A stretch of DNA of 53,433 nucleotides from an uncultured Gammaproteobacteria bacterium (GTDB lineage: Bacteria > Patescibacteriota > Patescibacteriia > S139-126), in the NCBI GenBank assembly GCA_964493305.1, contig CAZBLW010000002.1, forward strand, positions 21,244 through 74,676, read 5' to 3'. Shown one piece after another: positions 45,226 to 53,304 of the stretch. The number at the start of each line of letters is the position of its first letter. Position 1 is the stretch's first letter. Below the pieces are notes generated by a model, which was not told where the DNA came from, searched no databases, and saw nothing but the letters and a program-made list of their open reading frames with translations. Position numbers and translations under genes: made by a program.

Positions 45226-46590
45226 ATGAAAAAATTTTTTGAAAATAAAAATTGGCAGTTAGTTTATGGATTAACTTTGGTTATTTTAATTCCGGTAGTC
45301 ATAATTATCAATACACTAAACTTAAACAGAAGTTTTAAATCTGACATTGATATTCAATTACAGAGACAAGCATTGGCTTTTGGTCGCTTATTCAATATTG
45401 CTTTACTTAATTCTGACTGGTCAGCAGAGGCAATACAAAAGAATATTGATATGACTATTAGTAAGCAAAAGGATATTTCGGCTATTCAGGTTAGTCGTAG
45501 TGAAAATGACAATTTTTTAGTAGTTGCCAGCTCTATTGCTGGACAGATCAACAGACAAATTAATTCCCCGCATTATTTTTTTGCTTGGCAACGCAATGAT
45601 GCTATCGCCAGTTTGGTTGTAAAAGATAATTTGCAAACTATTTTTCCCGCCGCTGATGATATTTTTTCAGCGGATAAGAAATACTGGTTAGTAGTTATGC
45701 CCTTGCTTGATGCTAGTGACAAAAAACAATATTTATTATCGATGGTAATTTCACTTGACGTTATGGATCAGCTGATGAGCTCAACTTTTGCTAGTAGTTA
45801 TATATTTTTGACTATTACAGTTTTGATTTTAATTCTTTTATTGTCGGCCAACACCCGATTGTTTGAATATGGTATTTTATATCGTAAGATCAAGGCTATT
45901 GATCAGATGAAAGATGATTTTATATCTATTGCTTCACATGAACTTCGTACCCCTCTAACTATTATTAAAGGATACACTTCCATGTTGATGCTAGAGGGTA
46001 AAAATATACTAACCAAACCACTCCAAGATTATTTAGTTACTATTAGCAGCGCTACTGACCGCTTGGCAGCTTTGGTTGAGGATTTATTGAATGTTTCTCG
46101 GATTGAACAGGGTCGTTTTAAGATTGAGTTAGATAAAATTGATCCTTTGCCTATAGTTAAAGAGGTGATAACTGAGTTAAAAGTTGAAGCTGCTAAGAAA
46201 AATATTATCATGTCTTGTGAGTGTACTGGTAATTTTTCCATCAAAGCAGATCCGGCCAGATTGAAACAGGTATTTGTTAATATTATTGGTAATGCGGTAA
46301 AATATACAATGACAGGATCAATCCAAGTAAAATTGACTGTCAAAGAAGATTGGTTGGAGATTAGAGTAATTGATACGGGTATTGGAATGTCTGCTCAAGA
46401 AAGAGAACGTTTATTTCAAAAGTTTTATCGTATCAAAAACGATAAGACCAAAAACATTGTTGGCACGGGGTTGGGTTTATGGATTACCAGGGAAATTGTT
46501 AATATGATGTCAGGGCGAATTTATCTCGACAGCATAGAAGGAGTAGGCACTCAGGTTAGTATTAGTTTTCCTTTACAAAAAAATTCTTAA
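45226..46590 (+). CDS. Membrane sensor histidine kinase
   Basis: Two TMs, SHELRTPL H-box, NAVKY, DTGIG, GTGLGL. Confidence 0.97.
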   Translation: MKKFFENKNWQLVYGLTLVILIPVVIIINTLNLNRSFKSDIDIQLQRQALAFGRLFNIALLNSDWSAEAIQKNIDMTISKQKDISAIQVSRSENDNFLVVASSIAGQINRQINSPHYFFAWQRNDAIASLVVKDNLQTIFPAADDIFSADKKYWLVVMPLLDASDKKQYLLSMVISLDVMDQLMSSTFASSYIFLTITVLILILLLSANTRLFEYGILYRKIKAIDQMKDDFISIASHELRTPLTIIKGYTSMLMLEGKNILTKPLQDYLVTISSATDRLAALVEDLLNVSRIEQGRFKIELDKIDPLPIVKEVITELKVEAAKKNIIMSCECTGNFSIKADPARLKQVFVNIIGNAVKYTMTGSIQVKLTVKEDWLEIRVIDTGIGMSAQERERLFQKFYRIKNDKTKNIVGTGLGLWITREIVNMMSGRIYLDSIEGVGTQVSISFPLQKNS

Positions 46591-46608
46591 TCTTAACCAG
46601 TATAATAT

Positions 46609-46977
46609 ATGATAAAAAAAATTCTTATCGCCGAGGATGAACCGGAGATTTTACAATTGTTGACTGATATGTTAGCAACAGCGGATTTTGTTGTTGAACC
46701 GGCTCAAGATGGCGACGAAGCCTTACAAAAAATAAAAAAAGAAAATTTCGATCTAATTTTACTTGATATGCAAATGCCCAACAAAGACGGCTTTGAAGTA
46801 CTGGAAAATTTGCACCATCAGGGGAAATTAAATTCAATGAAAGTCGTTATTTTGTCCAATATTGATAATGAAAAATGGGTACGTCGAGCAAGAGAATTGG
46901 GAGCGATTGATTATTGGTTGAAAATTGATATTCACCTAACTGAACTAGTGGATAAGGTCAAAAAATTATTGGGTTAA
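46609..46977 (+). CDS. Single-domain response regulator receiver (CheY-like)
   Basis: ILIAEDE, LILLDMQMP, GA-DY--K; no output domain. Confidence 0.95.
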   Translation: MIKKILIAEDEPEILQLLTDMLATADFVVEPAQDGDEALQKIKKENFDLILLDMQMPNKDGFEVLENLHHQGKLNSMKVVILSNIDNEKWVRRARELGAIDYWLKIDIHLTELVDKVKKLLG

Positions 46978-48716
46978 TTGCTGAAACTTTGTTGTTGCCA
47001 CAAGGCTGCATAAAGTGAATTCTGTGCTAGTAATTCACTGTGGTTACCACTGGCGATAATACGTCCCTGTTGTAATAAATAAATAACATCCGCATGTTTA
47101 ATAGTAGCCAATCGGTGGGCAACTAGAATCCTGATTAGATCAGGATTTTTTTGTTCAATTTCCTTGATGGTTTTAGTAATAGCACTTTCAGTGATAGTAT
47201 CCAAACTACTGGTAGCTTCATCAAAAATAAGAATTTTAGGTTTCCTGATTAGAGCTCTAGCGATAGCCAATCTCTGTCTTTCACCACCTGATAGTTTAAG
47301 TCCACCTTCACCAATACGGGCATCGAGTCCACGTTTGTCTCTAGTTAAAATATTTTCTACCGACGCTGATCGCAGGGCTAGTAAACAATCCTCATCACTT
47401 GCTTGAGGATTGGTGAAAATTAAATTTTCTCTAATTGTTCCAGCAAAAAGTTGTGTTTCTTGAGCTACCAGGCCAATCATTTGTCTCAGAGTAGTAAAAT
47501 TTATTTGGGTATGTTCTATTTGATCGTAATAAATTTTACCACCAGTGGGTTTATATAAGCCCACTAAAAGTTTAATTAGCGTAGTTTTTCCTGAACCGCT
47601 AGGACCGACAAAAGCCACAGTCTGACCAGCTTTTATATTTAGATTTATTTCTTTGACCGACGGATCTTGACTTGATTGATAAATAAAATTAACCTGAGAA
47701 AATTTTATTTCTTTTATTTTTTCCAAATTGACCGGTTGAGCAGGAACTTTATCAATCGGCTTATTTAGAATTTTTTGTAAAATTTCTCCACTAGCTTGAG
47801 CTTCACGATATTCGGTAATTAGTTGACCCAGATCAGTTAGAGGAGTGAAAATTAAAAATGAATAAAATAGTAAGGTAAAAAATTCGCCCAAAGTAATAAC
47901 CTGCAAATATATTAACCACAGCATTAGTAGCAACATGGTTGATCGTAAAAAGTTTATCATTGTCCCTTGGATAAAACTCATAGTGCGAACAAGTTTTATT
48001 TTTTTTAGTTCCAATTGCAATATCTTGTCATTGACTAGGTTCAATCGGGAAATTTCTTGTTGTTCCAAACCCAAACTTTTTACCAATTCCACATTGCGAA
48101 TAGTTTCAGTAGTAGAACCAGCCAAATCAGCCTTTTCGGCAATAATTGCAGTTTGGGCTTGTTTAATTTTTCGACTGATATAAAAAGTAACCGCACTCAA
48201 GGTTGGGATTATCAAGACAAAAATCAATCCCAATGACCAGTGAACAATAAAGGCATAAATTAAGACAAACAAAATACCAATCAGGGAGAAAAACAAAATA
48301 TCTATCAAACTACGAATTAGTTTTTCCGCATCTTGTCTGGCTTTGTTTAAGTTTTGTAATAATTCGCCACTGCGTTGGTCTTCAAATTCCATGTAAGGCA
48401 AGGAAAAAGCGTGTTGTAAGCTGTCGGCGTACAGTTTAGCACCCAATTTTTGAGTTATCATATTGACATAATAGTCTTGGAAATTTTTTGCCAAACGAGA
48501 AATCAAAGCTGCACCGATAGCCAAAGCCAATAAGCCTAAAATTCCATATAGAAAAGTATTCTTGTCCAATTCTGAAAATTTGGTAGCATAGCGATCAATG
48601 ATAAGTCGAAAAATTTGGGGGTCCAACAAAGAAAAAACCCTATTGATAAGCGCTAAAAAAAGGGACAAAATAAATATCCCTCGATAATTTTTTAAATACT
48701 GCCAAAATAATTTCAT
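46974..48716 (-). CDS. ABC exporter, fused TMD-NBD (MsbA/MdlA-like)
   Basis: Six TMs, GPSGSGKT, LSGGERQR, IFDEATSSLD, AHRL. Confidence 0.96.
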   Translation of the reverse strand: MKLFWQYLKNYRGIFILSLFLALINRVFSLLDPQIFRLIIDRYATKFSELDKNTFLYGILGLLALAIGAALISRLAKNFQDYYVNMITQKLGAKLYADSLQHAFSLPYMEFEDQRSGELLQNLNKARQDAEKLIRSLIDILFFSLIGILFVLIYAFIVHWSLGLIFVLIIPTLSAVTFYISRKIKQAQTAIIAEKADLAGSTTETIRNVELVKSLGLEQQEISRLNLVNDKILQLELKKIKLVRTMSFIQGTMINFLRSTMLLLMLWLIYLQVITLGEFFTLLFYSFLIFTPLTDLGQLITEYREAQASGEILQKILNKPIDKVPAQPVNLEKIKEIKFSQVNFIYQSSQDPSVKEINLNIKAGQTVAFVGPSGSGKTTLIKLLVGLYKPTGGKIYYDQIEHTQINFTTLRQMIGLVAQETQLFAGTIRENLIFTNPQASDEDCLLALRSASVENILTRDKRGLDARIGEGGLKLSGGERQRLAIARALIRKPKILIFDEATSSLDTITESAITKTIKEIEQKNPDLIRILVAHRLATIKHADVIYLLQQGRIIASGNHSELLAQNSLYAALWQQQSFSN

Positions 48717-48781
48717 AAATTTAGTCTAGACAACAGTGTAGCATAAAAACCAATAATATAAAATTAATAGAATTTACAGTC

Positions 48782-49219
48782 TCATCGCTTATTTTTTATA
48801 TTTTTCAATCTATTTATGATCTTTTTAATTTGTTTTTCGTTTAGTATTTTCCTAGGTTGACCACGATGATCAAGATTGCCAATGTGAGTATTGGGAATTA
48901 AATGGAAATGTAAATGTTTGATACTTTTACCTGTGCCAGTTAGACTTCCATCTCTAACCAAAATACTTATATTTTTTATTTTTAATTGATGGAGTCTAGA
49001 TATGCCTTGGCGAATTAATTTATCAATGTCTTTTTGTTCCCCGGGATTTAAATGTAAAAAAGATATCACATGTCTTTTGGGTATAACTAATAAATGATAA
49101 GGATGATAGGGTGCTAAGGCAAAAGTAAGATAAGCTGTTTTATTTTGTAAAAAAATTTCTTGCTGACAATTACAAAATGGACATTTTTTAAGTCGTTTTA
49201 CAAAGTTACTATAAAGCAT
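48782..49219 (-). CDS. HIT-family nucleotide hydrolase
   Basis: CPFC, H-LVIPKRH, HLHFHLIP. Confidence 0.93.
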   Translation of the reverse strand: MLYSNFVKRLKKCPFCNCQQEIFLQNKTAYLTFALAPYHPYHLLVIPKRHVISFLHLNPGEQKDIDKLIRQGISRLHQLKIKNISILVRDGSLTGTGKSIKHLHFHLIPNTHIGNLDHRGQPRKILNEKQIKKIINRLKNIKNKR

Positions 49220-49272
49220 AAAAGTATTTTATATATTTATTAATATTATAGCATTTTTGTACTTTTTTTTAC

Positions 49273-49329
49273 TTATCCACAGGTTATTCAATAACAACTA
49301 TTGACCAATAAATTTTGATAGTGTAATGT
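49273..49329 (+). promoter_or_regulatory. Perfect DnaA box followed by a sigma70 promoter
   Basis: TTATCCACA at 49273-49281; TTGACC (49301) - N17 - TAATGT (49324). Confidence 0.6.
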
Positions 49330-49335
49330 AGTCAA

Positions 49336-49630
49336 TACCGAAAGTAAAAATTTTGAATCTTGTTCTTTAAAATTCCCTATTAGGGAAACAAAACTCCCAA
49401 TTAGGGAAAAATTAATTCGCGGTGCGGAAAATAGATATTAAGTGGATCATATGGTCAAAAAATAAAACGAAACGAATGCCTCTGGCAAACGACTTCCGAA
49501 GAAGTACACTTAATTATCTCAAATAATCAAATTTTTTCCGCAAGGAGACTCCAGCAAGATTCATTTAAACCCGTCTACCAAGACATTTTCTATATAACCA
49601 TAGGAAATCTGTCTCAGACGGGTTTTTTTC
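49336..49630 (+). ncRNA. Candidate structured non-coding RNA of unknown family
   Basis: No ATG-initiated ORF over ~20 codons on +. Stems 49354-62/49555-63, 49423-31/49534-42 and 49437-44/49507-14, four small hairpins, and a 59-nt terminal hairpin plus T run. Confidence 0.6.
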
Positions 49631-49701
49631 TTGCCAAAAAAACAAATAAGCTATAAGATAATTTAATTCATTTTCATTAACAATTATTATTGGAGGTAAT
49701 C

Positions 49702-50310
49702 ATGGAGTTTATAGCTCTAGGCTTATTAGCTTATTTAATCGGTTCGATACCGTTTGGCTATCTGATTGCCAAACATAATCAGGTTGATATTCAAAAAGTA
49801 GGTAGCGGTAATATTGGCGCTACTAATGTGTTTAGAACTTTGGGTGCTAAGTGGGGCACTTTGACATTGGTTTTGGATGTGGCTAAAGGTTTTTTGGCTA
49901 TCAGTTTAGTAAATATTTTTTTTGCAGAACCCATGGTTGGTTATTATATTTTGGCTGGTAGTCTAGCTATCATTGGTCACTTTAAACCAGTTTGGTTAAA
50001 CTTCAAAGGTGGTAAAGTAGTTGCCACATCTTTAGGAGTTTTGTTGGGTCTGAGCCCAGCTTGGTTTATAGTCATAATCTTGTCAGTTTTTGTACTGACC
50101 ATACTACTGGCCAAAAAATTTGGTTCCCAAAAAATTGCTGCTCAAAAAGTAGCCTTAGGTTCAATACTAGCAGCTATCTCAGCGGTAGTTGTAAAAATAA
50201 TTTTTGGTGGTGGTTTTAACCAACAAAATTTTGAAATTACCATATTTATAATTGGTATCACTATCATTATTTTACTGGCCCATAAAGACAACATCAAAAA
50301 AATTATCTAA
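49702..50310 (+). CDS. plsY: Glycerol-3-phosphate acyltransferase PlsY (start probably ATG 49702 after GGAGGT)
   Basis: YLIGSIPFG, GSGNIGATNVFR, D-AKG, GHFKP---FKGGK-VAT; slightly short C-terminus (HKDNIKKII*). Confidence 0.93.
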   Translation: MEFIALGLLAYLIGSIPFGYLIAKHNQVDIQKVGSGNIGATNVFRTLGAKWGTLTLVLDVAKGFLAISLVNIFFAEPMVGYYILAGSLAIIGHFKPVWLNFKGGKVVATSLGVLLGLSPAWFIVIILSVFVLTILLAKKFGSQKIAAQKVALGSILAAISAVVVKIIFGGGFNQQNFEITIFIIGITIIILLAHKDNIKKII

Positions 50311-50314
50311 ATTC

Positions 50315-50341
50315 AGCCCTCAATTTATGAGGGCTTTTTTT
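50315..50341 (+). terminator. Terminator after plsY
   Basis: AGCCCTCA/TGAGGGCT stem plus T run. Confidence 0.85.
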
Positions 50342-50386
50342 AATGTAAGGGTTGTGTTAAGCTGGGAAAAAATAACAGGAGGATTT

Positions 50387-50677
50387 ATGTTCGTTTTAAA
50401 AATCGATTTAGCTTATTTACATATCCATGCCGATATGTTTGAAAATAAAAAATCACCACACGGTTCAATGTATTGGCGCTGCCTTTATACCCAAAAAATA
50501 ATCGAATGGTTGGATGTAGAAATGTTAGTCAAGGACAAAAATAAAATATATCAAGAAACAATAAGTCGTCCTTATTGTCCCAAATGTAAACCTGAGGCAG
50601 TTAAACATCCGCATTTAAATTTTCCTGATATTGCTGAGCCAATAGCAAAGCAACAAATGATTGAAGTTATGTGGTAA
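50387..50677 (+). CDS. Hypothetical protein (96 aa; true start ATG 50387)
   Basis: AGGAGG SD before ATG 50387; the longer track ORF overlaps plsY and its terminator. Contains CPKC. Confidence 0.75.
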   Translation: MFVLKIDLAYLHIHADMFENKKSPHGSMYWRCLYTQKIIEWLDVEMLVKDKNKIYQETISRPYCPKCKPEAVKHPHLNFPDIAEPIAKQQMIEVMW

Positions 50678-50678
50678 C

Positions 50679-50708
50679 AAAAAACCCGCCCTTAATAGGC
50701 GGGTTTTT
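50679..50708. terminator. Bidirectional terminator
   Basis: AAAAACCCGCC / GGCGGGTTTTT stem between convergent genes. Confidence 0.88.
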
Positions 50709-50725
50709 AATATCAGAGAAATTGT

Positions 50726-51052
50726 TTAGTTCCAATTTCTTTGTCGGTTGCCACCACCACCAAAACCGCGACCACGATTGCCGAAATCCCGGCGAGGTCT
50801 GTCAGTCATTGGTCTGGCTTCACTCACAGTGATAGTGCGGCCATCAAGCTCTTTGCCATTGAAAGTAGTAATAGCATTTTCAGCTTCTTCATCTGTAGAC
50901 ATTTCTACAAAGCCAAAGCCTTTTGATCGGCCTGACATTTTGTCTGTGATGATGATGGCAGATTCTACATTACCAGCTTGAGAAAAGGCTTCTTGCAAGC
51001 CTTCTTGAGTGGTGTTGTAGGATAATCCACCGACGTAAAGTTTTTTTGCCAT
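50726..51052 (-). CDS. RRM (RNP-1) RNA-binding protein with Gly/Arg tail
   Basis: RNP2 LYVGGL, RNP1 KGFGFVEM, RG/GGG tail. Confidence 0.98.
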   Translation of the reverse strand: MAKKLYVGGLSYNTTQEGLQEAFSQAGNVESAIIITDKMSGRSKGFGFVEMSTDEEAENAITTFNGKELDGRTITVSEARPMTDRPRRDFGNRGRGFGGGGNRQRNWN

Positions 51053-51201
51053 AGTAATTTGACTTACACAAATAAAATTTGCAAGAGCGACCTAACTATT
51101 TATGTGACTTACACTAAATTTAGTTAATTATTTGTGTAAGCAAATATAAAATAGAACCACTTGCTTGCAATCAGTATGGCATGTTTAGTAAGCATTGTCA
51201 A
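51053..51201 (-). promoter_or_regulatory. Promoter and long structured 5' UTR of the RRM gene
   Basis: TTGACA (51201-51196) - N17 - CATACT (51178-51173); 13-bp inverted repeat 51063-75/51128-40. Confidence 0.65.
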
Positions 51202-51221
51202 TCATTGTAAAATTGAAATAT

Positions 51222-51246
51222 AAAAGCCTGCAAACTTTTGCAGGCT
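51222..51246 (-). terminator. Terminator after the desaturase gene
   Basis: AGCCTGCAA/TTGCAGGCT stem; TTTT on the minus strand. Confidence 0.8.
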
Positions 51247-51263
51247 AGGAGTTGCTTGACTAG

Positions 51264-52328
51264 CTAAGTTGGTTGGGATAATTGTTTGAGTAAACGGAAA
51301 TGTGCTAGTAAGGCATGAATAAAAGAACGATAAGATAAATATTGAAGATTGAATTTTTTGCAAGTTGCTTGTACAAATTGTTGTAATTGTGGGTAGTGAA
51401 TATGACAGATACGACTAAATAAATGATGTTCAATTTGAAAATTCAATCCGCCTAAATACCAGGTGGCAATTTTATTTTGGTTGGCAAAGTTGGCTGTAGT
51501 TTTAATTTCATGGATTGCCCATTCAGTGGGAAGTTGTTTATTTTTAGCTATGATAGGAAATTCATTTCCCTCGACAATATGAGCCAATTGAAATACTAGT
51601 GCTAAAGTCAGACCGAGAATGAGGTGAATAGCAATAAAAGCAATCAAAACTTGCCATAAGGGATGAAAAAAACTGGGGAGAACTAACATGTAGCCAAAAT
51701 AAGAAAATTTGGAAGTAAAAAAAATAATTACATCATAAAGACGAGGTTTTGGTAGTTGGTAGTCATTTATTTTGTTGAGAAAAAATCTTCTCATGTCACC
51801 GTAAAATATCCAGGATAAAGACATTAGACTATAAAGTGGTAAGGCATATAAATGTTGCCATCGGTGCCAAACTCGCCAAGGCTGGGCGGGACTCAGTCGC
51901 ATTAAACCGTTGGTATTGATATCGCTATCAAGTTCAGAAATATTAGTATAGGTATGATGTAAGATATTGTGTTTGGTTCGCCAGACCCAACTGCTACCAC
52001 CAATAAGATCTAGGGTAAAACCCAATAAAGTATTTATTTTTTTATTTTGACTGTAGCTGCCATGATTGGCGTCGTGTTGAATATTGAAACCAACTAAGAC
52101 AAAAGCTTGAGACAGTAAAAAAATTAGTACCAAAGATACTAAAATAGAATGGGAGAAAAAAACTAAAGCAGTGTAACTACTGAGTAACCAGATAAAGATA
52201 ATAATTGTTTTTAAAAACATCTGCCGATTGCCAGTTTTTTTGATTTGTTTTTCTTGAAAATATTTTTCCACCGAGTTTTTTAACTCAGAGTAAAAATTTT
52301 CCCGTTGAGTGAATTTAATTATTTTCAT
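51264..52328 (-). CDS. Membrane fatty-acid (acyl-lipid/acyl-CoA) desaturase, front-end-like
   Basis: Three His boxes: HDANH, HNILHH, QIEHHLF; WYLGGLNFQIEH. Confidence 0.95.
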   Translation of the reverse strand: MKIIKFTQRENFYSELKNSVEKYFQEKQIKKTGNRQMFLKTIIIFIWLLSSYTALVFFSHSILVSLVLIFLLSQAFVLVGFNIQHDANHGSYSQNKKINTLLGFTLDLIGGSSWVWRTKHNILHHTYTNISELDSDINTNGLMRLSPAQPWRVWHRWQHLYALPLYSLMSLSWIFYGDMRRFFLNKINDYQLPKPRLYDVIIFFTSKFSYFGYMLVLPSFFHPLWQVLIAFIAIHLILGLTLALVFQLAHIVEGNEFPIIAKNKQLPTEWAIHEIKTTANFANQNKIATWYLGGLNFQIEHHLFSRICHIHYPQLQQFVQATCKKFNLQYLSYRSFIHALLAHFRLLKQLSQPT

Positions 52329-52487
52329 TTTTTTCCTTTTTGTTAATGAACAGGTGATAAACTATTTCCTAAGTATTATATCTGTTTTAATTGTTTATGA
52401 CAAAGTCAAAATTGACAAAGTATAAATGTTTTGTTAATTTGATGTATTAAAAAAGTACATTAAATCAATTAACTAAAAGGAGTAAAA

Positions 52488-52826
52488 ATGAAAGAGTCAG
52501 ATGAATTGAAGAAAAAACAAGAGTTAGACAAAACAGGTAAGATAAACGGTCAAAGACCAGTTGATATAATCCGAGAAATGAATCCCGGAATTCATATTCC
52601 CACCGGTGCGGAAATTGCCGGAATGTTGAAAAAAGAATTTGGTGAAAATTTAGAAAAATCAGTAAGTCTTGATAGACGGCAAGTCTATGAATACGCCCAA
52701 GGACTTGGCTATACTGGGCCAGACGAAATTAAAGAAATTTCCGAATTTATGATCAACGCACAAGGTTTACAACCTATTTTTGATGACTCTATTGGTCAGT
52801 ATTATTTGGAAGCAATTAATTTTTAA
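52488..52826 (+). CDS. Hypothetical protein (monocistronic)
   Basis: TTGACA (52412) - N17 - TAATTT promoter, AAGGAG SD, terminator at 52834-52858. Confidence 0.8.
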   Translation: MKESDELKKKQELDKTGKINGQRPVDIIREMNPGIHIPTGAEIAGMLKKEFGENLEKSVSLDRRQVYEYAQGLGYTGPDEIKEISEFMINAQGLQPIFDDSIGQYYLEAINF

Positions 52827-52833
52827 TTTTATT

Positions 52834-52858
52834 AAACCGCATTATTGTATGCGGTTTT
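52834..52858 (+). terminator. Intrinsic terminator
   Basis: AAACCGCAT/ATGCGGTTT stem. Confidence 0.8.
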
Positions 52859-52928
52859 ATTATTTGACAAATATTGGTTTAAAGTTATAAAGTAGAAAAA
52901 ATTCTTTAAAAATATACAGGAGTAAGTC

Positions 52929-53231
52929 ATGAAAAAAATAACGTTAAACAGATCAATTTACGAGTTGATATTAAGAAAAAGGGAATACGAAGTAAAGTAC
53001 AAATGGTTAGGAAAAAAAATTTTGGGTGAGATCAATTATCTAGAAGAAAAAATATATATCAATATTTATTTATTTTTGGTGGATGTCTATATTCATGAGA
53101 TATTACACGAAAGATATATTGAGCTAAGTGAGAAACAAATCAAGATAAAAACTGACAAAGCAATTGCGAGAATGACGCAAAGACAAATTATGCGATTATC
53201 TCGACAGTTATTAAAAAGATTAAAAATTTAA
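52929..53231 (+). CDS. Small basic protein with an HExxH motif
   Basis: GEINY----IYIN ... IHEILHE; AGGAG SD; own terminator. Confidence 0.75.
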   Translation: MKKITLNRSIYELILRKREYEVKYKWLGKKILGEINYLEEKIYINIYLFLVDVYIHEILHERYIELSEKQIKIKTDKAIARMTQRQIMRLSRQLLKRLKI

Positions 53232-53233
53232 AT

Positions 53234-53261
53234 AACCGCTTGTTAAAACAAGCGGTTTTTT
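53234..53261 (+). terminator. Intrinsic terminator
   Basis: AACCGCTTGTT / AACAAGCGGTT stem plus T run. Confidence 0.85.
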
Positions 53262-53304
53262 CTGTAAATTATTATTTTATATTTTTAAGATGTATAATAA
53301 ATAT

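Noticed and set aside
49220-49330. Possible oriC
   Set aside because: Only one perfect DnaA box and one weak one; no box cluster and no dnaA/dnaN nearby. GC skew cannot be judged from this window.
49484-49525. GCA AAC GAC (AND...) resembling a tmRNA resume codon
   Set aside because: The frame reads ANDFRRSTLNYLK*, with no ALAA-type end and no tRNA-like GGGG.../CCA domain.
50252-50386. N-terminal 45 aa of the track ORF 50252-50677 (likewise the extended starts of clpP, glyA, Elp3, HU and plsY)
   Set aside because: These extensions cross upstream genes or terminators; SD position and family N-termini support the downstream ATGs.
3087-53231. Short track ORFs antisense to or nested in well-supported genes (e.g. 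3087, 4167, 4971, 5569, 5805, 7297, 8892, 12495, 15963, 20657, 21539, 22281, 22581, 22900, 24792, 29443, 31295, 32111, 33077, 35864, 36474, 37168, 39072, 40030, 41161, 43461, 44916, 46029, 46625, 47164, 47935, 50741, 50748)
   Set aside because: Shadow frames of conserved genes; no family motifs, SD or independent expression signals.
50679-53261. Similar AAACC(C)GC...GCGGTTT hairpins as integron attC sites
   Set aside because: They lack RYYYAAC/GTTRRRY cores and extrahelical bases, have T runs, and fit intrinsic terminators; no intI gene.
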